Shown: piece after piece, positions 46,666 to 57,559 of the stretch
Position numbering within the stretch: position 1 is the stretch's first letter
How the letters are laid out: each line of letters opens with the position of its first letter
Source: an uncultured Enterobacteriaceae bacterium
GTDB taxonomy: Bacteria; Desulfobacterota; Binatia; Bin18
DNA length: 64,000 bases
Reading direction: 5' to 3'
Assembly (NCBI GenBank): GCA_964495015.1
Contig: CAZBUD010000016.1
Location: forward strand, 3,491 to 67,490
Made by a program: the position numbers and the translations under genes
The notes under the pieces: model-generated
Databases searched by the model: none
What the model saw: the letters and a program-made list of their open reading frames with translations, nothing else
What the model was told of the DNA's origin: nothing

Positions 46666-49002
46666 ATGGCGAAGAATCTGCTGATTGTTGAATCTCCGGC
46701 CAAAGCGCGGACGATTGGAAAATATCTAGGCCGTGGCTATCAGGTAAAAGCTTCGGTCGGGCATATTATGGATCTGCCCAAGAGTAAACTCGGCATTGAT
46801 ATTGAGAACGGCTTTACCGCCGAATATCAAGTCATCCATGGGAAGGCCAAGATTGTCGACGAACTCAAAAATGCGGCCAAAGGCAAGGAGCACATCTTTC
46901 TCGCTTCAGACCCGGACCGTGAGGGCGAAGCTATTGCCTGGCATATTGCAGAAAAACTTGGCAAGAATGGCCAAAAGATTCAACGCGTCCTGCTGAATGA
47001 AATTACGAAAAAAGCGGTTCAAGAAGCGATAAAAAATCCTGCTGAATTGAACAAAAAGCGCTACGACGCTCAGGTCGCACGCAGGGTGCTCGACCGGTTA
47101 GTCGGCTATCAGATCAGTCCGCTGTTATGGAAAAAAGTCCGCCGTGGTCTGTCGGCAGGCCGAGTACAATCCGTCGCCGTGCGCATCATTACGGAGCGTG
47201 AACGTGCCATTCGTGCCTTTGTGGCCGTGGAATACTGGTCGATTACCGCTGCGCTGGAAGGCGCACTGCCACCAGTGTTTGAAGCCAACCTCTTCAAGGT
47301 TGGTGATCAAAAGGTCGACATTAAGAAGTTCCGGATTGAAAACGGAGACGAGGTCCAGAAGATTGTTGCGGGCCTGAATGGGGCACGGTGGACGATCCAG
47401 AAGATCGAGAAAAAAGACCGCAAGAGAAATCCAGCTCCTCCCTTCATTACCTCGCGTTTGCAACAAGAAGCCTCACGCAAACTCGGTTATTCGCCGTCGC
47501 GGACCATGGGGATTGCTCAGCGTTTATACGCCGGGTTGGAGTTGGGCGATGAAGGCGCAGTTGGCTTGATCACCTATATGCGGACCGATTCGCCTCGTAC
47601 CTCACCAGAAATGACCACGGCGGCCCGTGCGCATATCGAACAGACGTACGGGCCGGAGTATGTGCCTGCGAAGCCACCCTCTTTTCGGTCCGGCAAAGCT
47701 GCGCAAGAAGCGCATGAGGCCATTCGGCCCACCTCGCTTGAAAATCCACCCAACAAAGTTGCCCCCTATCTCAAAAAGGAAGAACTGGGCCTGTATTCGC
47801 TGATCTGGAACAGGTTTATGGCCAGCCAAATGGCCCCGGCCCAATTTGAACAAACGAGCGTGGATATAGCGGCCAACGAGTGTATTTTTCGGGCAACCGG
47901 ACAGGTGCTGCGCTTTGACGGCTTCTTACGCGTCTATATGGAAGGCAGGGACGATAAGACGGAAGAAGATGACGATGCGGAGAAGCGACTGCCGGCATTG
48001 ACCGAGGGTGAACAACTGACCCTCCACAAAGTGACTCCAAATCAGCATTTCACCCAGCCCCCGCCACGCTTTACCCAAGCGACGTTAATTAAAGAACTGG
48101 AGGACAAAGGCATTGGTCGCCCGTCAACCTATGCCTCCATAATGGGCACGATCCTGAACAAGGAATACGTCGTCGAAGGCGAACAACGGCGCCTGCGTCC
48201 GACTGATTTGGGGATGCTGATCACTGACTTATTAGTTGAATCGTTTCCCGACATTCTGAACGCGGAGTTTACCGCGGGTATGGAAGCCGTGCTTGATCAG
48301 ATTGAAGAGGGCCAGGAAGACTGGCGACGCGCGATTGAACAATTCTATACACCGTTTGCTTTGGATTTGGCTAAAGCCGACAAGGAAATGCGTGATGTCA
48401 AAGGCACAGGCGAGCCAACGGATATTTCTTGTGAGGAATGTGAAGACGGCAAGATGACGATACGCTGGGGGCGTAACGGGGAGTTTCTGGCGTGTTCACA
48501 TTACCCAGAATGTAAATCCACACGCAATTTCACTCGGGACGACAAGGGGGAGATCGTGATGCAGGAAAAGGAGGAAGTCCTGACCGACGAGAAATGCGAG
48601 AAGTGTGGTCTCCCGATGCAGATACGCTACGGCCGGTATGGGAAATTCCTCGGCTGCTCGGGCTATCCGGAATGTAAAAGCGTGAAGAAGATAGGCCAAC
48701 CGGCGACCCAGTCGTTGGACATCAAATGTCCCGAGTGTGAAGAAGGAGAGATCCAACAAAAATACTCTCGCCGAGGTAAAGTCTTTTATAGCTGCGGTCG
48801 TTACCCCAAGTGCAAATACGCACTCTGGGATCGGCCCATCCCTGAACCCTGTCCAGAGTGTAAGGCTCCATTTGTATTGGAAAAGACAACCAAACGGGCT
48901 GGGACAACACGGCGGTGCGTGCGCGAGGAATGTGACTACCAAGTCAGTGTCGAGCAGGAAGGCGCTGAGCCGGCTGTCGAAGAAATGGCCCAGGCAAGCT
49001 GA
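46666..49002 (+). CDS. topA: DNA topoisomerase I
   Basis: 778 aa. Toprim N-terminus LLIVESPAKARTIGKYLG, the active-site Tyr region, and C-terminal tandem Cys4 zinc ribbons (CEECEDG ... CSHYPEC, CEKCG ... CSGYPEC, CPECEEG ... CGRYPKC). Confidence 0.9.
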   Translation: MAKNLLIVESPAKARTIGKYLGRGYQVKASVGHIMDLPKSKLGIDIENGFTAEYQVIHGKAKIVDELKNAAKGKEHIFLASDPDREGEAIAWHIAEKLGKNGQKIQRVLLNEITKKAVQEAIKNPAELNKKRYDAQVARRVLDRLVGYQISPLLWKKVRRGLSAGRVQSVAVRIITERERAIRAFVAVEYWSITAALEGALPPVFEANLFKVGDQKVDIKKFRIENGDEVQKIVAGLNGARWTIQKIEKKDRKRNPAPPFITSRLQQEASRKLGYSPSRTMGIAQRLYAGLELGDEGAVGLITYMRTDSPRTSPEMTTAARAHIEQTYGPEYVPAKPPSFRSGKAAQEAHEAIRPTSLENPPNKVAPYLKKEELGLYSLIWNRFMASQMAPAQFEQTSVDIAANECIFRATGQVLRFDGFLRVYMEGRDDKTEEDDDAEKRLPALTEGEQLTLHKVTPNQHFTQPPPRFTQATLIKELEDKGIGRPSTYASIMGTILNKEYVVEGEQRRLRPTDLGMLITDLLVESFPDILNAEFTAGMEAVLDQIEEGQEDWRRAIEQFYTPFALDLAKADKEMRDVKGTGEPTDISCEECEDGKMTIRWGRNGEFLACSHYPECKSTRNFTRDDKGEIVMQEKEEVLTDEKCEKCGLPMQIRYGRYGKFLGCSGYPECKSVKKIGQPATQSLDIKCPECEEGEIQQKYSRRGKVFYSCGRYPKCKYALWDRPIPEPCPECKAPFVLEKTTKRAGTTRRCVREECDYQVSVEQEGAEPAVEEMAQAS

Positions 49003-49125
49003 GGCAGTTGGCAAGAGCAAATACGCAAATGTATTTAAGCAATGAAAACGTCATGGCGGCCTCACGAGGTCGCCCTTTTTTGTGGTTCACTTTTAAAGCT
49101 GAGAAGGGAAGGGTATAGAACGGCT

Positions 49126-50505
49126 ATGCAGACTGTTACCATTGTCGGTGGTGGTTTAGCCGGAAGCGAGGCTGCCTGGCAGTTGGCCCAACAGGGCATT
49201 CCTGTGCGGTTGTATGAAATGCGCCCAGTCCGTCCGACCGATGCCCACCGTACCGACAAGCTTGCTGAGCTGGTGTGTTCAAATTCCTTTCGGAGTGCCG
49301 CGCTTCAAGTGGCCGTTGGCTTACTCAAAGAGGAAATGCGCCGCTTAGCGTCGTTGGTGATGACTGCTGCTGATATGGCCCGTGTTCCAGCCGGGCAGGC
49401 CTTAGCGGTCGATCGCGATGTTTTTGCTCAGTGTATTACGGATGCCTTGGCCACACATCCGCTCGTTGAGGTGCGACGTGAAGAAGTCCAAGCCATTCCC
49501 TCAGGACCAACTATAATCGCCAGTGGTCCACTAACCTCGCCGGCGCTGTCCGAACAACTTCGGGAGCTTTTTGGCCGAGAGTATTTATATTTCCACGACG
49601 CGATCTCTCCTGTTGTGGTAGCCGATTCCATTGATTCCAGCCTCGCTTTTCGGGCGTCACGCTATGATCACGGGGGCGATGACTATTTGAACTGCCCGCT
49701 CTCGCGTGACGAGTATTATCGGCTCATCGATGAAATCCTGGCCGCAGACAAAGTTCCAGAGAAGGAATTTGAACGCTGCATTTATTTCGAAGGCTGTTTG
49801 CCCATCGAGGAAATGGCCCGTCGGGGCAAGGACACCTTAGCCTATGGTCCGATGAAGCCAGTTGGTTTGACCGATCCTCGGACTCAGGAGCGCCCATACG
49901 CAGTAGTACAGCTCCGGCAAGACGACCGGGCTGGTACTTTGTGGGGTCTGGTCGGCTTCCAAACCAAAATGACTTATCCGGAGCAACGGCGGGTCTTCCG
50001 GATGATCCCTGGACTGGCCAACGCTGAGTTTGTTCGTTTAGGCAGCCTACATCGCAACACGTTCATTGAGTCGCCACGCTTACTCAAGCCTACGCTCCAA
50101 TTCAAAAAGCGCGACGACTTATTCTTTGCCGGGCAGATGATTGGTGTTGAGGGCTATCTGGAATCTGCTGCGGCTGGCTGGCTTGCTGGGAGAAATGCCG
50201 GATTGCAGGTTAAAGGGGAGGGCCTCCTCCTGCTGCCACGGACGACTGCACTTGGTGCTATGCTTGCGTATGTTACTGACCCTGAGCGTAAAGAATTCCA
50301 GCCTATGAACGTGAACTACGGGCTTTTCCCTAGCCTGTCACGACGCTTGCGCCGTCGTGAGAAAAAGCGCGCCTTGGCGGATCGGGCACTCAAGGACCTC
50401 GCTGTGTGGCAGGCTGAGCAGGGATTGTCTGATCTGGCTGACCCTTCTCTTCCTTCGACCCCAGGCGATGCCGATCCTGTCCCCCTTGCTCCCCTTGCAC
50501 CGTAG
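49126..50505 (+). CDS. trmFO: Methylenetetrahydrofolate--tRNA-(uracil54-C5)-methyltransferase TrmFO (Gid)
   Basis: Internal ATG with a GAAGGGAAGGG SD. FAD motif VTIVGGGLAGSEAAWQLA. Then ELVCSNSFRS ... and a C-terminal domain. Conserved dprA-topA-trmFO order. Confidence 0.85.
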   Translation: MQTVTIVGGGLAGSEAAWQLAQQGIPVRLYEMRPVRPTDAHRTDKLAELVCSNSFRSAALQVAVGLLKEEMRRLASLVMTAADMARVPAGQALAVDRDVFAQCITDALATHPLVEVRREEVQAIPSGPTIIASGPLTSPALSEQLRELFGREYLYFHDAISPVVVADSIDSSLAFRASRYDHGGDDYLNCPLSRDEYYRLIDEILAADKVPEKEFERCIYFEGCLPIEEMARRGKDTLAYGPMKPVGLTDPRTQERPYAVVQLRQDDRAGTLWGLVGFQTKMTYPEQRRVFRMIPGLANAEFVRLGSLHRNTFIESPRLLKPTLQFKKRDDLFFAGQMIGVEGYLESAAAGWLAGRNAGLQVKGEGLLLLPRTTALGAMLAYVTDPERKEFQPMNVNYGLFPSLSRRLRRREKKRALADRALKDLAVWQAEQGLSDLADPSLPSTPGDADPVPLAPLAP

Positions 50506-50691
50506 CGTAGCAAGGTATTCTCACAGTCCTCTGTCTATGCGAAACGGCTGCTCCATCTGAGGCTTCCCTTTCGTCTCTCATGTGTCGCGTGTTTTTCGAG
50601 GGTGCTCTTGGGCTACGGGGTCGCACCTCTGCCTTTCTCTCTGAGGTCTTGTTACAGTACGCCCAACGCTATCACGGAGAGGGAGACCCAC

Positions 50692-51858
50692 ATGGATTTT
50701 GAACTACCCGAAGAGTACCGCATGTTGCAGGACACGGTACGCCGCTTTGTCCGCCAAGAACTTATGCCACTTGAGGCAACGGTATTAGAGCGTGACACCC
50801 AAGGGATGACGGGCGAAGACCTCGTCCCGCCTGAAGCCGAAGAACGCTTGCTTTCAGTCGCACGGGAGGCTGGTCTATGGGGCCTTGATGTACCGGAGGA
50901 GTTTGGTGGGTTGAATTTGAGTACGCTGCCCAAATGTTTAGCTACCGAAGAGCTATACAAAACGATTACGCCGTTTACCCTTCCACCTGACGCTCCGAAT
51001 CTACACATGTTGATGCAAACGTGTACGCCTCAGCAGCGGGAGAAATATCTGCTGCCGTATGCGCAAGGGAAGGCGCAGTCGGCCATTGCTATCTCTGAAC
51101 CGGGGGCGGGCTCAGATCCAGCCGGCATGCAAACTGCGGCTGTTAAAAAAGGTGACCAGTGGGTTATCAACGGTCGCAAGATTTGGATCTCACGCGCGCA
51201 TGTTGCTGATTTTATCATTGTGATGGCTGTGACGGATAAAGAGAAAGGCACGGGCGGCGGGATGACCGCTTTCCTGGTCGATAAAGGCACGCCCGGGCTC
51301 GTTCTACAGCGCCAGATTCCGGTTATCGGCGGACACGCCCCCTGGGAGTTGGTGTTTGAGGATATGACTATTCCGGATTCTCATGTGCTGGGTGAAGTCG
51401 GGCAGGGATTTGCGCCCATGCAACTCCGGTTGACCGTCCGGCGCCTAGAGATGGGGTGTTGGTGTGTAGGTTTGGCTCAACGCTGTCTGGATATGATGGT
51501 GGACTACGCAAAACAGCGTGTGACCTTCGGTCAGAAGCTGGCGGACCGCCAAGCTATTCAGTGGTTTATTTCGGACTCGGCAATTGATATCCACGCCTCG
51601 CGACTGATGGCTCATCATGGGGCGTGGAAGTTCGATCAGGGTGATGACGTGCGGCAAGAGGCGTCCATGCTCAAGGTCTTTGCCACAGAAATGGCCACCC
51701 GCGTTGCCGATCGAGCGATGCAGATGCATGGCGGGATGGGTATGTCAAAAGAAATGCCGCTTGAGTTTATCTATCGCCGTCTGCGTCCCATGCGGATTTT
51801 TGAAGGACCGACTGAGATCCATCGTTGGGTGATTGCGCGAAAACTCTTGCGGGAGTAG
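50692..51858 (+). CDS. Acyl-CoA dehydrogenase
   Basis: Internal ATG with a GGAGAGGGAGA SD. AIAISEPGAGSDPAGM, WVINGRKIWISRA, and a C-terminal IFEGPTEIHRWVIARKLL. Confidence 0.85.
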   Translation: MDFELPEEYRMLQDTVRRFVRQELMPLEATVLERDTQGMTGEDLVPPEAEERLLSVAREAGLWGLDVPEEFGGLNLSTLPKCLATEELYKTITPFTLPPDAPNLHMLMQTCTPQQREKYLLPYAQGKAQSAIAISEPGAGSDPAGMQTAAVKKGDQWVINGRKIWISRAHVADFIIVMAVTDKEKGTGGGMTAFLVDKGTPGLVLQRQIPVIGGHAPWELVFEDMTIPDSHVLGEVGQGFAPMQLRLTVRRLEMGCWCVGLAQRCLDMMVDYAKQRVTFGQKLADRQAIQWFISDSAIDIHASRLMAHHGAWKFDQGDDVRQEASMLKVFATEMATRVADRAMQMHGGMGMSKEMPLEFIYRRLRPMRIFEGPTEIHRWVIARKLLRE

Positions 51859-51969
51859 CGCTTCCCTAGCGCGACCGCTGCGGCCGTTGCGTCCCAGCTA
51901 GGGGCGATCTATTGTACAGTCGGGTATACACTCCAGTTCTGCGGAGACAAGAGAAAAAGGGAGAGCAGC

Positions 51970-52422
51970 ATGCGCGGAACCTATGGTTGGCTATTCATTC
52001 TCGTCAGTTTTCTTGCCGGTTGTTTTCTGCGTCCGCCGAAACCGATGACTATTGAAGAGCGGATTGCGCCGATCTATCCCGAGTCTCGTCCGGCGGATTG
52101 TCGGGTTGGCATGCTGACAGAACCCCCATCTCAGCCGTACGATGTGTTTGTCCAGATCGTCTCGTATGGCAATGAATTTGACGGGTTGGAAAAAATGAAT
52201 TCCCTCATTCGAGATAAAGCGTGTGAAGTGGGTGCGGATGCTGTGGTCTTACTGCCGCCACAGGACGTTGACCACATGAATATGGAAGACTCTTACCCAG
52301 ACTGGGTCCTCCAAAAGGGACAAGGCTTGGGTGGGCGGTATGCTCAATCCGCAGACCGTAAATTTACGTTGTTCCGCCGTGGCTTTGCCCTGGTCTTCAA
52401 GGACGTTGAGGCAGAGCATTAA
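51970..52422 (+). CDS. Hypothetical lipoprotein
   Basis: Signal peptide with lipobox LAGC. 150 aa. No family recognised. Confidence 0.55.
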   Translation: MRGTYGWLFILVSFLAGCFLRPPKPMTIEERIAPIYPESRPADCRVGMLTEPPSQPYDVFVQIVSYGNEFDGLEKMNSLIRDKACEVGADAVVLLPPQDVDHMNMEDSYPDWVLQKGQGLGGRYAQSADRKFTLFRRGFALVFKDVEAEH

Positions 52423-52446
52423 CCGTCGCCTGTCTGGGGAGTGTGG

Positions 52447-53304
52447 TTAGTGTGGCTGATGCGCGTCAATATAAATCTCTTTTACTCCTGAGGGCGGAGT
52501 CAGCCTAAAGAGCGAGTCGGGTAGAGCCGGGCTGAGTTCCACGTTTTTATACACGAGCGAGAGCTGCTGGGCTCCGTGTGTGTCTGACAAGGTAATGGAA
52601 AACGGAAAAGAGAGACCTTGCACCTGTCGGTAGTCGGCTAATTGCCCCTGTGTCTGGGTGCTTCCATCGGCAGCAATAACAGCCCAGCGTTGGAGGTGTT
52701 TTGTGTTCGTGTCAAACCACAACGCGGCGACGCTACCGTCAGACTTTGGAAGGTCGACCCGGTAGGTACCGCCATGGGGGCCAAGGCGCACAGTGGTCGT
52801 TGCCCCGCTTTCTCCTTCCATAGGAAAAGGTGGAAAGCCTAACAGCAAGCGGATGATTTCACGTGCGGACAGCATCAGCCGAGTAAACCGTGCAATACTC
52901 AGCGGACTTGCCGGTCCTCGGTAGATGACCTTGTCGCGTGGGAAATATGCAGCCAGCGTCTGCCCGTCACACGTGTGGATGGCGGCCACGCTGATCAAAG
53001 AAAATAATTCGAGACGAAATCGATCCGGCGCGGCAATTGCGACCGCTTGGGTCAGCGAACCACGTTCTTGTGTGTCCTGGTAAGTCACTCGGGTGAGGCC
53101 ACGTAGACCAGTTAGATGTTGTTGGCGTGTTTTGAATGGTCCTAATAATTCTTGGGCGGAGGGGAGGGAAGACTGTGGAAGAGGCGGGCGATGCGGAGGA
53201 CGACGGGCGGTACAGCCGCCAGCCCATACAATAATGAGCAGCAAGAACAAAGACGACACTGCGTGCCGTTGCCATTGCTGTTGGCAAAACGGAGAGACGG
53301 ACAC
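52447..53304 (-). CDS. Outer-membrane lipoprotein (LolB/DUF4292-like), paired with the TPR protein
   Basis: Signal peptide and lipobox WAGGC. Beta-rich 285-aa protein. Starts 26 nt after the TPR gene stop on the same strand. Confidence 0.5.
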   Translation of the reverse strand: MSVSPFCQQQWQRHAVSSLFLLLIIVWAGGCTARRPPHRPPLPQSSLPSAQELLGPFKTRQQHLTGLRGLTRVTYQDTQERGSLTQAVAIAAPDRFRLELFSLISVAAIHTCDGQTLAAYFPRDKVIYRGPASPLSIARFTRLMLSAREIIRLLLGFPPFPMEGESGATTTVRLGPHGGTYRVDLPKSDGSVAALWFDTNTKHLQRWAVIAADGSTQTQGQLADYRQVQGLSFPFSITLSDTHGAQQLSLVYKNVELSPALPDSLFRLTPPSGVKEIYIDAHQPH

Positions 53305-53330
53305 AAATGCCCTAGCCTGAGAGGACGGCG

Positions 53331-55142
53331 CTACGGAAGCCCCGTTTCGCTCCTCTTTTGTACCTCGGTCGGTCTCAAGGCCAAGGCATTAAGCTTCGTC
53401 CGCAAACGCTGAATCTGAGATTCTTCCGACGTGTTTTGGATTGCTTCCTGGTAGATGCGGGATGCATCAGCGATCCGTCCGGTCTTGTGGTAGGCATCGC
53501 CCAGATGTTCGATCAATGTAGGGTCTTCATCGACCAGCTCAACGGCGCGTTCGAGGTGCTGAACTGCTTGCACATATTCTCCGCGTTGGTAATAGACCCA
53601 CCCCAGGCTGTCAATGTAAAAGCCATCGTTTGGTTCAATTGCGAGCGCGCTTCGGATGAGGCTCTCAGCCTCATCAAGACGCACACCTTGTTCGGCCCAC
53701 GTATACCCGAGGTAGTTGAGTGCGGCTGCATTCTTGGGGTTGAGTGCAATCGCCTTTTGCATGTGCCGGATGCAACGGTCCTTCTCTTTCAGTTCATCGT
53801 AGACCGCTCCCAATGTGAAGTGGTACTGATCATTGTTTGGGGCAAGGCTAACAACTTTCTCAAGGATACTGATTGCTTTCGTACGATTATCATTTTCTAG
53901 GTGAAGTGAGGCGAGGAAACCCAACAAGTCCAGATCATCCTCTTTGACGCTCAGCAAGCGTTCCACCTCCGTAATCGCCAGGTCGAGCTTCTCCTGGCGT
54001 TGATAAATATAACTGAGGTAGACGCGGGAATCAGCAAAATATTCCGAGTCAGATGGAATACGCAATAACTCGACGGCCGCTTTCTCATCGTCTTTGGCTT
54101 CCGTATAAATGACGCCAAGAAAGTATCTGGCCCTGTGGTTATTTGCCTGGGAGGCCAAGATGAGGTTGAGCTGAGTAACCGCCTTTTCATTGTTCCCTTT
54201 TTCCCGGTAGATCAGGCTTATTTTGAGTCGGGTTTCTTGGGGGTCTGCCTCAATCTTCTCAAGCACAAGAAACTGATGCAGCGCGTCATCGAGCTTCTTC
54301 TGACCTAGGTAGAAGCGTCCGAGACGATTACGCACCTGTTCACTGTGGGGATTGACGGCGAGCGCTTTTTGATAGATCTCCGCGGCCTGAGCGGTCTTCT
54401 TCTGCATTTCGTACACTAACGCAAGGTCAAGCAGCACCAATTCAGACTGCGGATTGAGACTCAGTGCCTTCTGGTAATACGTTTCTGCCTGATCCAGTTG
54501 TCTGGCTGCTGCTGAAGTCTGACCGAGGTAGTAATAGCCCAAGACAGAATGCGGGTAGCGTTCAACAAGCTTTTTCAGAACCGCTGTGGCTTTTTGGAAT
54601 TCCTCCTGCTTGGCATATAAGGTACCGAGATAGAGGTAGGGCTCTTGGTTGTCAGGACTGCGTTTGAGCAGAGCCTCGTAGACCTGAGCGGCCTTTGTTT
54701 CTTTGCCGCTCGATGAGAGGAGCCCGGCAAGTAGGAGCTGGGCGTCGACGTTTTCGGGTTCACTGGCAACGACTTTTTTGCAGTGCTCTAGGGCTTCGGC
54801 CAGCTTGCCTTGACGCACGGCCAGGGTGGCGAGTCGGAGACGTAAAAACGGACTTTCCGGGTCGTTTTTTACCGCCTGTTCAAGTTCAGTCAGAGCCGTT
54901 TCGTAAACACCGTCATTGAGCGCGACCTGGCTCTTGAGAAAATGTCCCAGGGCTTTGTCTTCAGGTGACAGTACGACTGGAGTGCCCGGAATTTGCGCGG
55001 CTTGTGCTGGAGATGGCGCGACAACTGCAGGTGGTGATAGCGACAATGAAGGAGGCCGGGCTGGACGAGTGGCGGTACACGCGCCAAGAGCAGCAACAAG
55101 ACCGACTGAGACTGCCCTACCGACAGGGTTATTGGCATGCAT
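53331..55142 (-). CDS. TPR-repeat lipoprotein
   Basis: 603 aa. Lipobox LGAC, a Pro/Ala-rich linker, then more than 12 tandem TPR-like 34-residue repeats (recurring A..Y.KAL..NP motifs). Confidence 0.8.
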   Translation of the reverse strand: MHANNPVGRAVSVGLVAALGACTATRPARPPSLSLSPPAVVAPSPAQAAQIPGTPVVLSPEDKALGHFLKSQVALNDGVYETALTELEQAVKNDPESPFLRLRLATLAVRQGKLAEALEHCKKVVASEPENVDAQLLLAGLLSSSGKETKAAQVYEALLKRSPDNQEPYLYLGTLYAKQEEFQKATAVLKKLVERYPHSVLGYYYLGQTSAAARQLDQAETYYQKALSLNPQSELVLLDLALVYEMQKKTAQAAEIYQKALAVNPHSEQVRNRLGRFYLGQKKLDDALHQFLVLEKIEADPQETRLKISLIYREKGNNEKAVTQLNLILASQANNHRARYFLGVIYTEAKDDEKAAVELLRIPSDSEYFADSRVYLSYIYQRQEKLDLAITEVERLLSVKEDDLDLLGFLASLHLENDNRTKAISILEKVVSLAPNNDQYHFTLGAVYDELKEKDRCIRHMQKAIALNPKNAAALNYLGYTWAEQGVRLDEAESLIRSALAIEPNDGFYIDSLGWVYYQRGEYVQAVQHLERAVELVDEDPTLIEHLGDAYHKTGRIADASRIYQEAIQNTSEESQIQRLRTKLNALALRPTEVQKRSETGLP

Positions 55143-55412
55143 GCGCCGAGCGTATCACGTGGTGAAATTGACGGTCAATCCTGGGATGGGTAAGAAGCGC
55201 GGGAAAGGAATATTTTTATGGTTCCAGCTGAGCCAGCTATACTGGCCATACCCACTACATCTCGAGACGTCTCAGTTTTTATATAGAAAGTTGACTGTGA
55301 CCACACTACCGTGTTTGGCCCCTGAGCCTTCCCTATTGCATGCCCCGGGTGAGCGACTATATGCTGGCCCTCTGTTAAGAAGCGGGTCGACGGTGTGTTG
55401 TGCCGAACACGT

Positions 55413-56352
55413 GATGCCTAACGAATTTTACGATCTGAAACGCCTATTCACCCTGCACCAAACGATAGCGCACTGTGACGGCGCAGCACCTCCCACGGCA
55501 CATCTGTTCTCTCTACCGATCCGTTCGACATCACACCGGATCGGAGTGCTGTGCGGCTCGTTTAATCCGTTGACCCTGGCTCATACCGAACTGGCCGATC
55601 AGGCCTGTCGGATTTTTCAGCTTGATCAGCTCCTATTTACGTTGGCAAAGGTCACGGTGGATAAGGAGCAGGTGACCGGCCTGGGGCTGGAGGATCGATT
55701 GCTGTTGCTCCTCCTCTACGCAGCGCAGCATCCAAAAACAGGAGTAGCGCTGGTCAACCGTGGGCTGTATGTCGAGCAAGCTCAGGCTTTTCGTGCGGCT
55801 TTTGGCGAGGATATTTCCCTGTCTTTTATTGTTGGCATGGATAAGCTCATCCAGATTCTGGATGCGCGTTATTACCAAGATAGAGAAGTGGCCCTTGCTC
55901 AGCTTTTTTCTCGTACATCTCTTGTAGTAGCGAATCGAGGGGAAATGGGGCGACGTGCTTTCGATGACCTGCTGAATCAGCCTGCCAACCGCGCCTATCA
56001 GGCAGACGTACACTTCTTAGCGCTTCCGGAGTCGGTGGGGAATCTTTCCTCAACCGCCGTACGAGATGCGCGAGATGCCCAGGTGCCGCCTGAGGTGGCA
56101 GCGTTTCTGGCTGACACCCACGCATATGCAGTCCCTCAGCAGGACGACGAAGAGAGGGAAGCCCGGATCGATGCCTATGCCGTCCGCCTTGCTCTGTTGG
56201 ATCGGCTCATCGAGGTACAAGGCTGGGCGGAACAAGAAGTCGATTTTCGACAGCTCATTGGACAAACGGGTGCGCCTGATGCGAAAGGCCGGGCGCTCCG
56301 CCGGGCAGCGACTGGCGAGGAGTTGCGTACCCTCTTACGGAAGCCGGCCTAG
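55413..56352 (+). CDS. NadD-like nucleotidyltransferase (nicotinate/nicotinamide-nucleotide adenylyltransferase family) with a C-terminal extension
   Basis: RIGVLCGSFNPLTLAHTELADQA is the (H/T)xGH nucleotidyltransferase motif. SFIVGMDKLIQI and a downstream block follow. The start is uncertain: the uninterrupted ORF runs back to 54916, but its first 166 codons overlap the TPR gene on the other strand. Confidence 0.5.
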
Positions 56353-56417
56353 CGCCTCTTTCCCCCGGGTGGTAGCTTTCCGACGCGTTCCGTCAACTTG
56401 AGTAGGTAGGAGGAAAG

Positions 56418-57395
56418 GTGAGTAGTCAGCCCATCTCCGACTTTTTGAAACACCATTTTCGGCATTTCAACGCTGCCATGGTCATTGACGCGGCTGATGC
56501 CTATCGGCGTCAGCTCGATCAGGGCGGGAAAATGTTACTGGCCATGGCGGGAGCTATGAGTACAGCCGAGCTCGGAATATCTCTGGCTGAAATGATCCGC
56601 AATGATTGTGTCCATGCCATTTCCTGCACAGGGGCCAATTTAGAGGAAGACATTTTTAATTTGGTGGCACACGATCATTATGAACGAGTTCCACACTACC
56701 GTGATTTGACCCCTCAGGATGAAGAGGTTTTGCTTGAGCGACATATGAACCGGGTCACGGATACGTGTATTCCTGAGTTTGAGGCCATGCGCCGTGTGGA
56801 AGGTGTGCTGCAGGAATTATGGATGCAGGCGGATCACTCGGGTCAGCGCGTCTTTCCGCATGAAACCTTGTATGAAGTTTTGCGTGCCGGGATGCTGGAG
56901 TCCTATTACGAGATCGACCCGAAAGACTCTTGGGTTTATGCCGCGATGGAAAGGGATCTGCCTATTGTCGCGCCAGGCTGGGAGGACTCAACCTGCGGGA
57001 ATGTCTACGCGAGCTATTGTATGACCGGGTTGATCAAAAACGTACATACGGTCAGGCATGGAATCGAGTATATGACCTATCTAGCTGACTGGTATAGCGC
57101 AGTATCCGCCCAGCACTCAATTGGATTTTTTCAGATCGGCGGTGGCATTGCCGGAGATTTTGCCATCTGCGCCGTGCCAATGCTGATCCAAGATATGAAG
57201 CGGACTGACACTCCGCTGTGGGGTTATTTTTGTCAGATCGGCGATTCCACCACCAGCTATGGCTCGTATTCTGGCGCCGTCCCAAATGAAAAGATTACTT
57301 GGGGCAAACTGGCGGTGGATACTCCGCGCTATCTGATTGAATCTGACGCTTCGATTGTCGTGCCGCTGATCTTTGCTCAAGTACTGGGACAGTGA
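56418..57395 (+). CDS. Deoxyhypusine synthase-family protein (homospermidine synthase-like)
   Basis: 325 aa. AISCTGANLEEDIFNLVAHDHYERVP, HMNRVTDTCIPE and GWEDSTCGNVYASYCM blocks are typical of the DHS fold. RBS GGTAGGAGGAAAGG upstream. Confidence 0.75.
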   Translation: MSSQPISDFLKHHFRHFNAAMVIDAADAYRRQLDQGGKMLLAMAGAMSTAELGISLAEMIRNDCVHAISCTGANLEEDIFNLVAHDHYERVPHYRDLTPQDEEVLLERHMNRVTDTCIPEFEAMRRVEGVLQELWMQADHSGQRVFPHETLYEVLRAGMLESYYEIDPKDSWVYAAMERDLPIVAPGWEDSTCGNVYASYCMTGLIKNVHTVRHGIEYMTYLADWYSAVSAQHSIGFFQIGGGIAGDFAICAVPMLIQDMKRTDTPLWGYFCQIGDSTTSYGSYSGAVPNEKITWGKLAVDTPRYLIESDASIVVPLIFAQVLGQ

Positions 57396-57559
57396 GAACG
57401 CTTGGGTAGTGGAGATCGATAATCAATTATACTCGCCTACCGTTGCCCGCTTTATCTGCGCTTTCTACAAAATTTTTATAAGAGTTCTGAACAGGTCAGG
57501 CATTTCAGTCTGGGCGAGACAGTCTGATAGACTGTTCTGAGGACGGAGATCGTATTCCT

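Noticed and set aside
54916-55412. The 166-codon N-terminal extension of the nadD-like ORF
   Set aside because: It overlaps the TPR gene on the other strand. It is Gly/Ala/Arg-rich, and its length is inconsistent with the NadD family.
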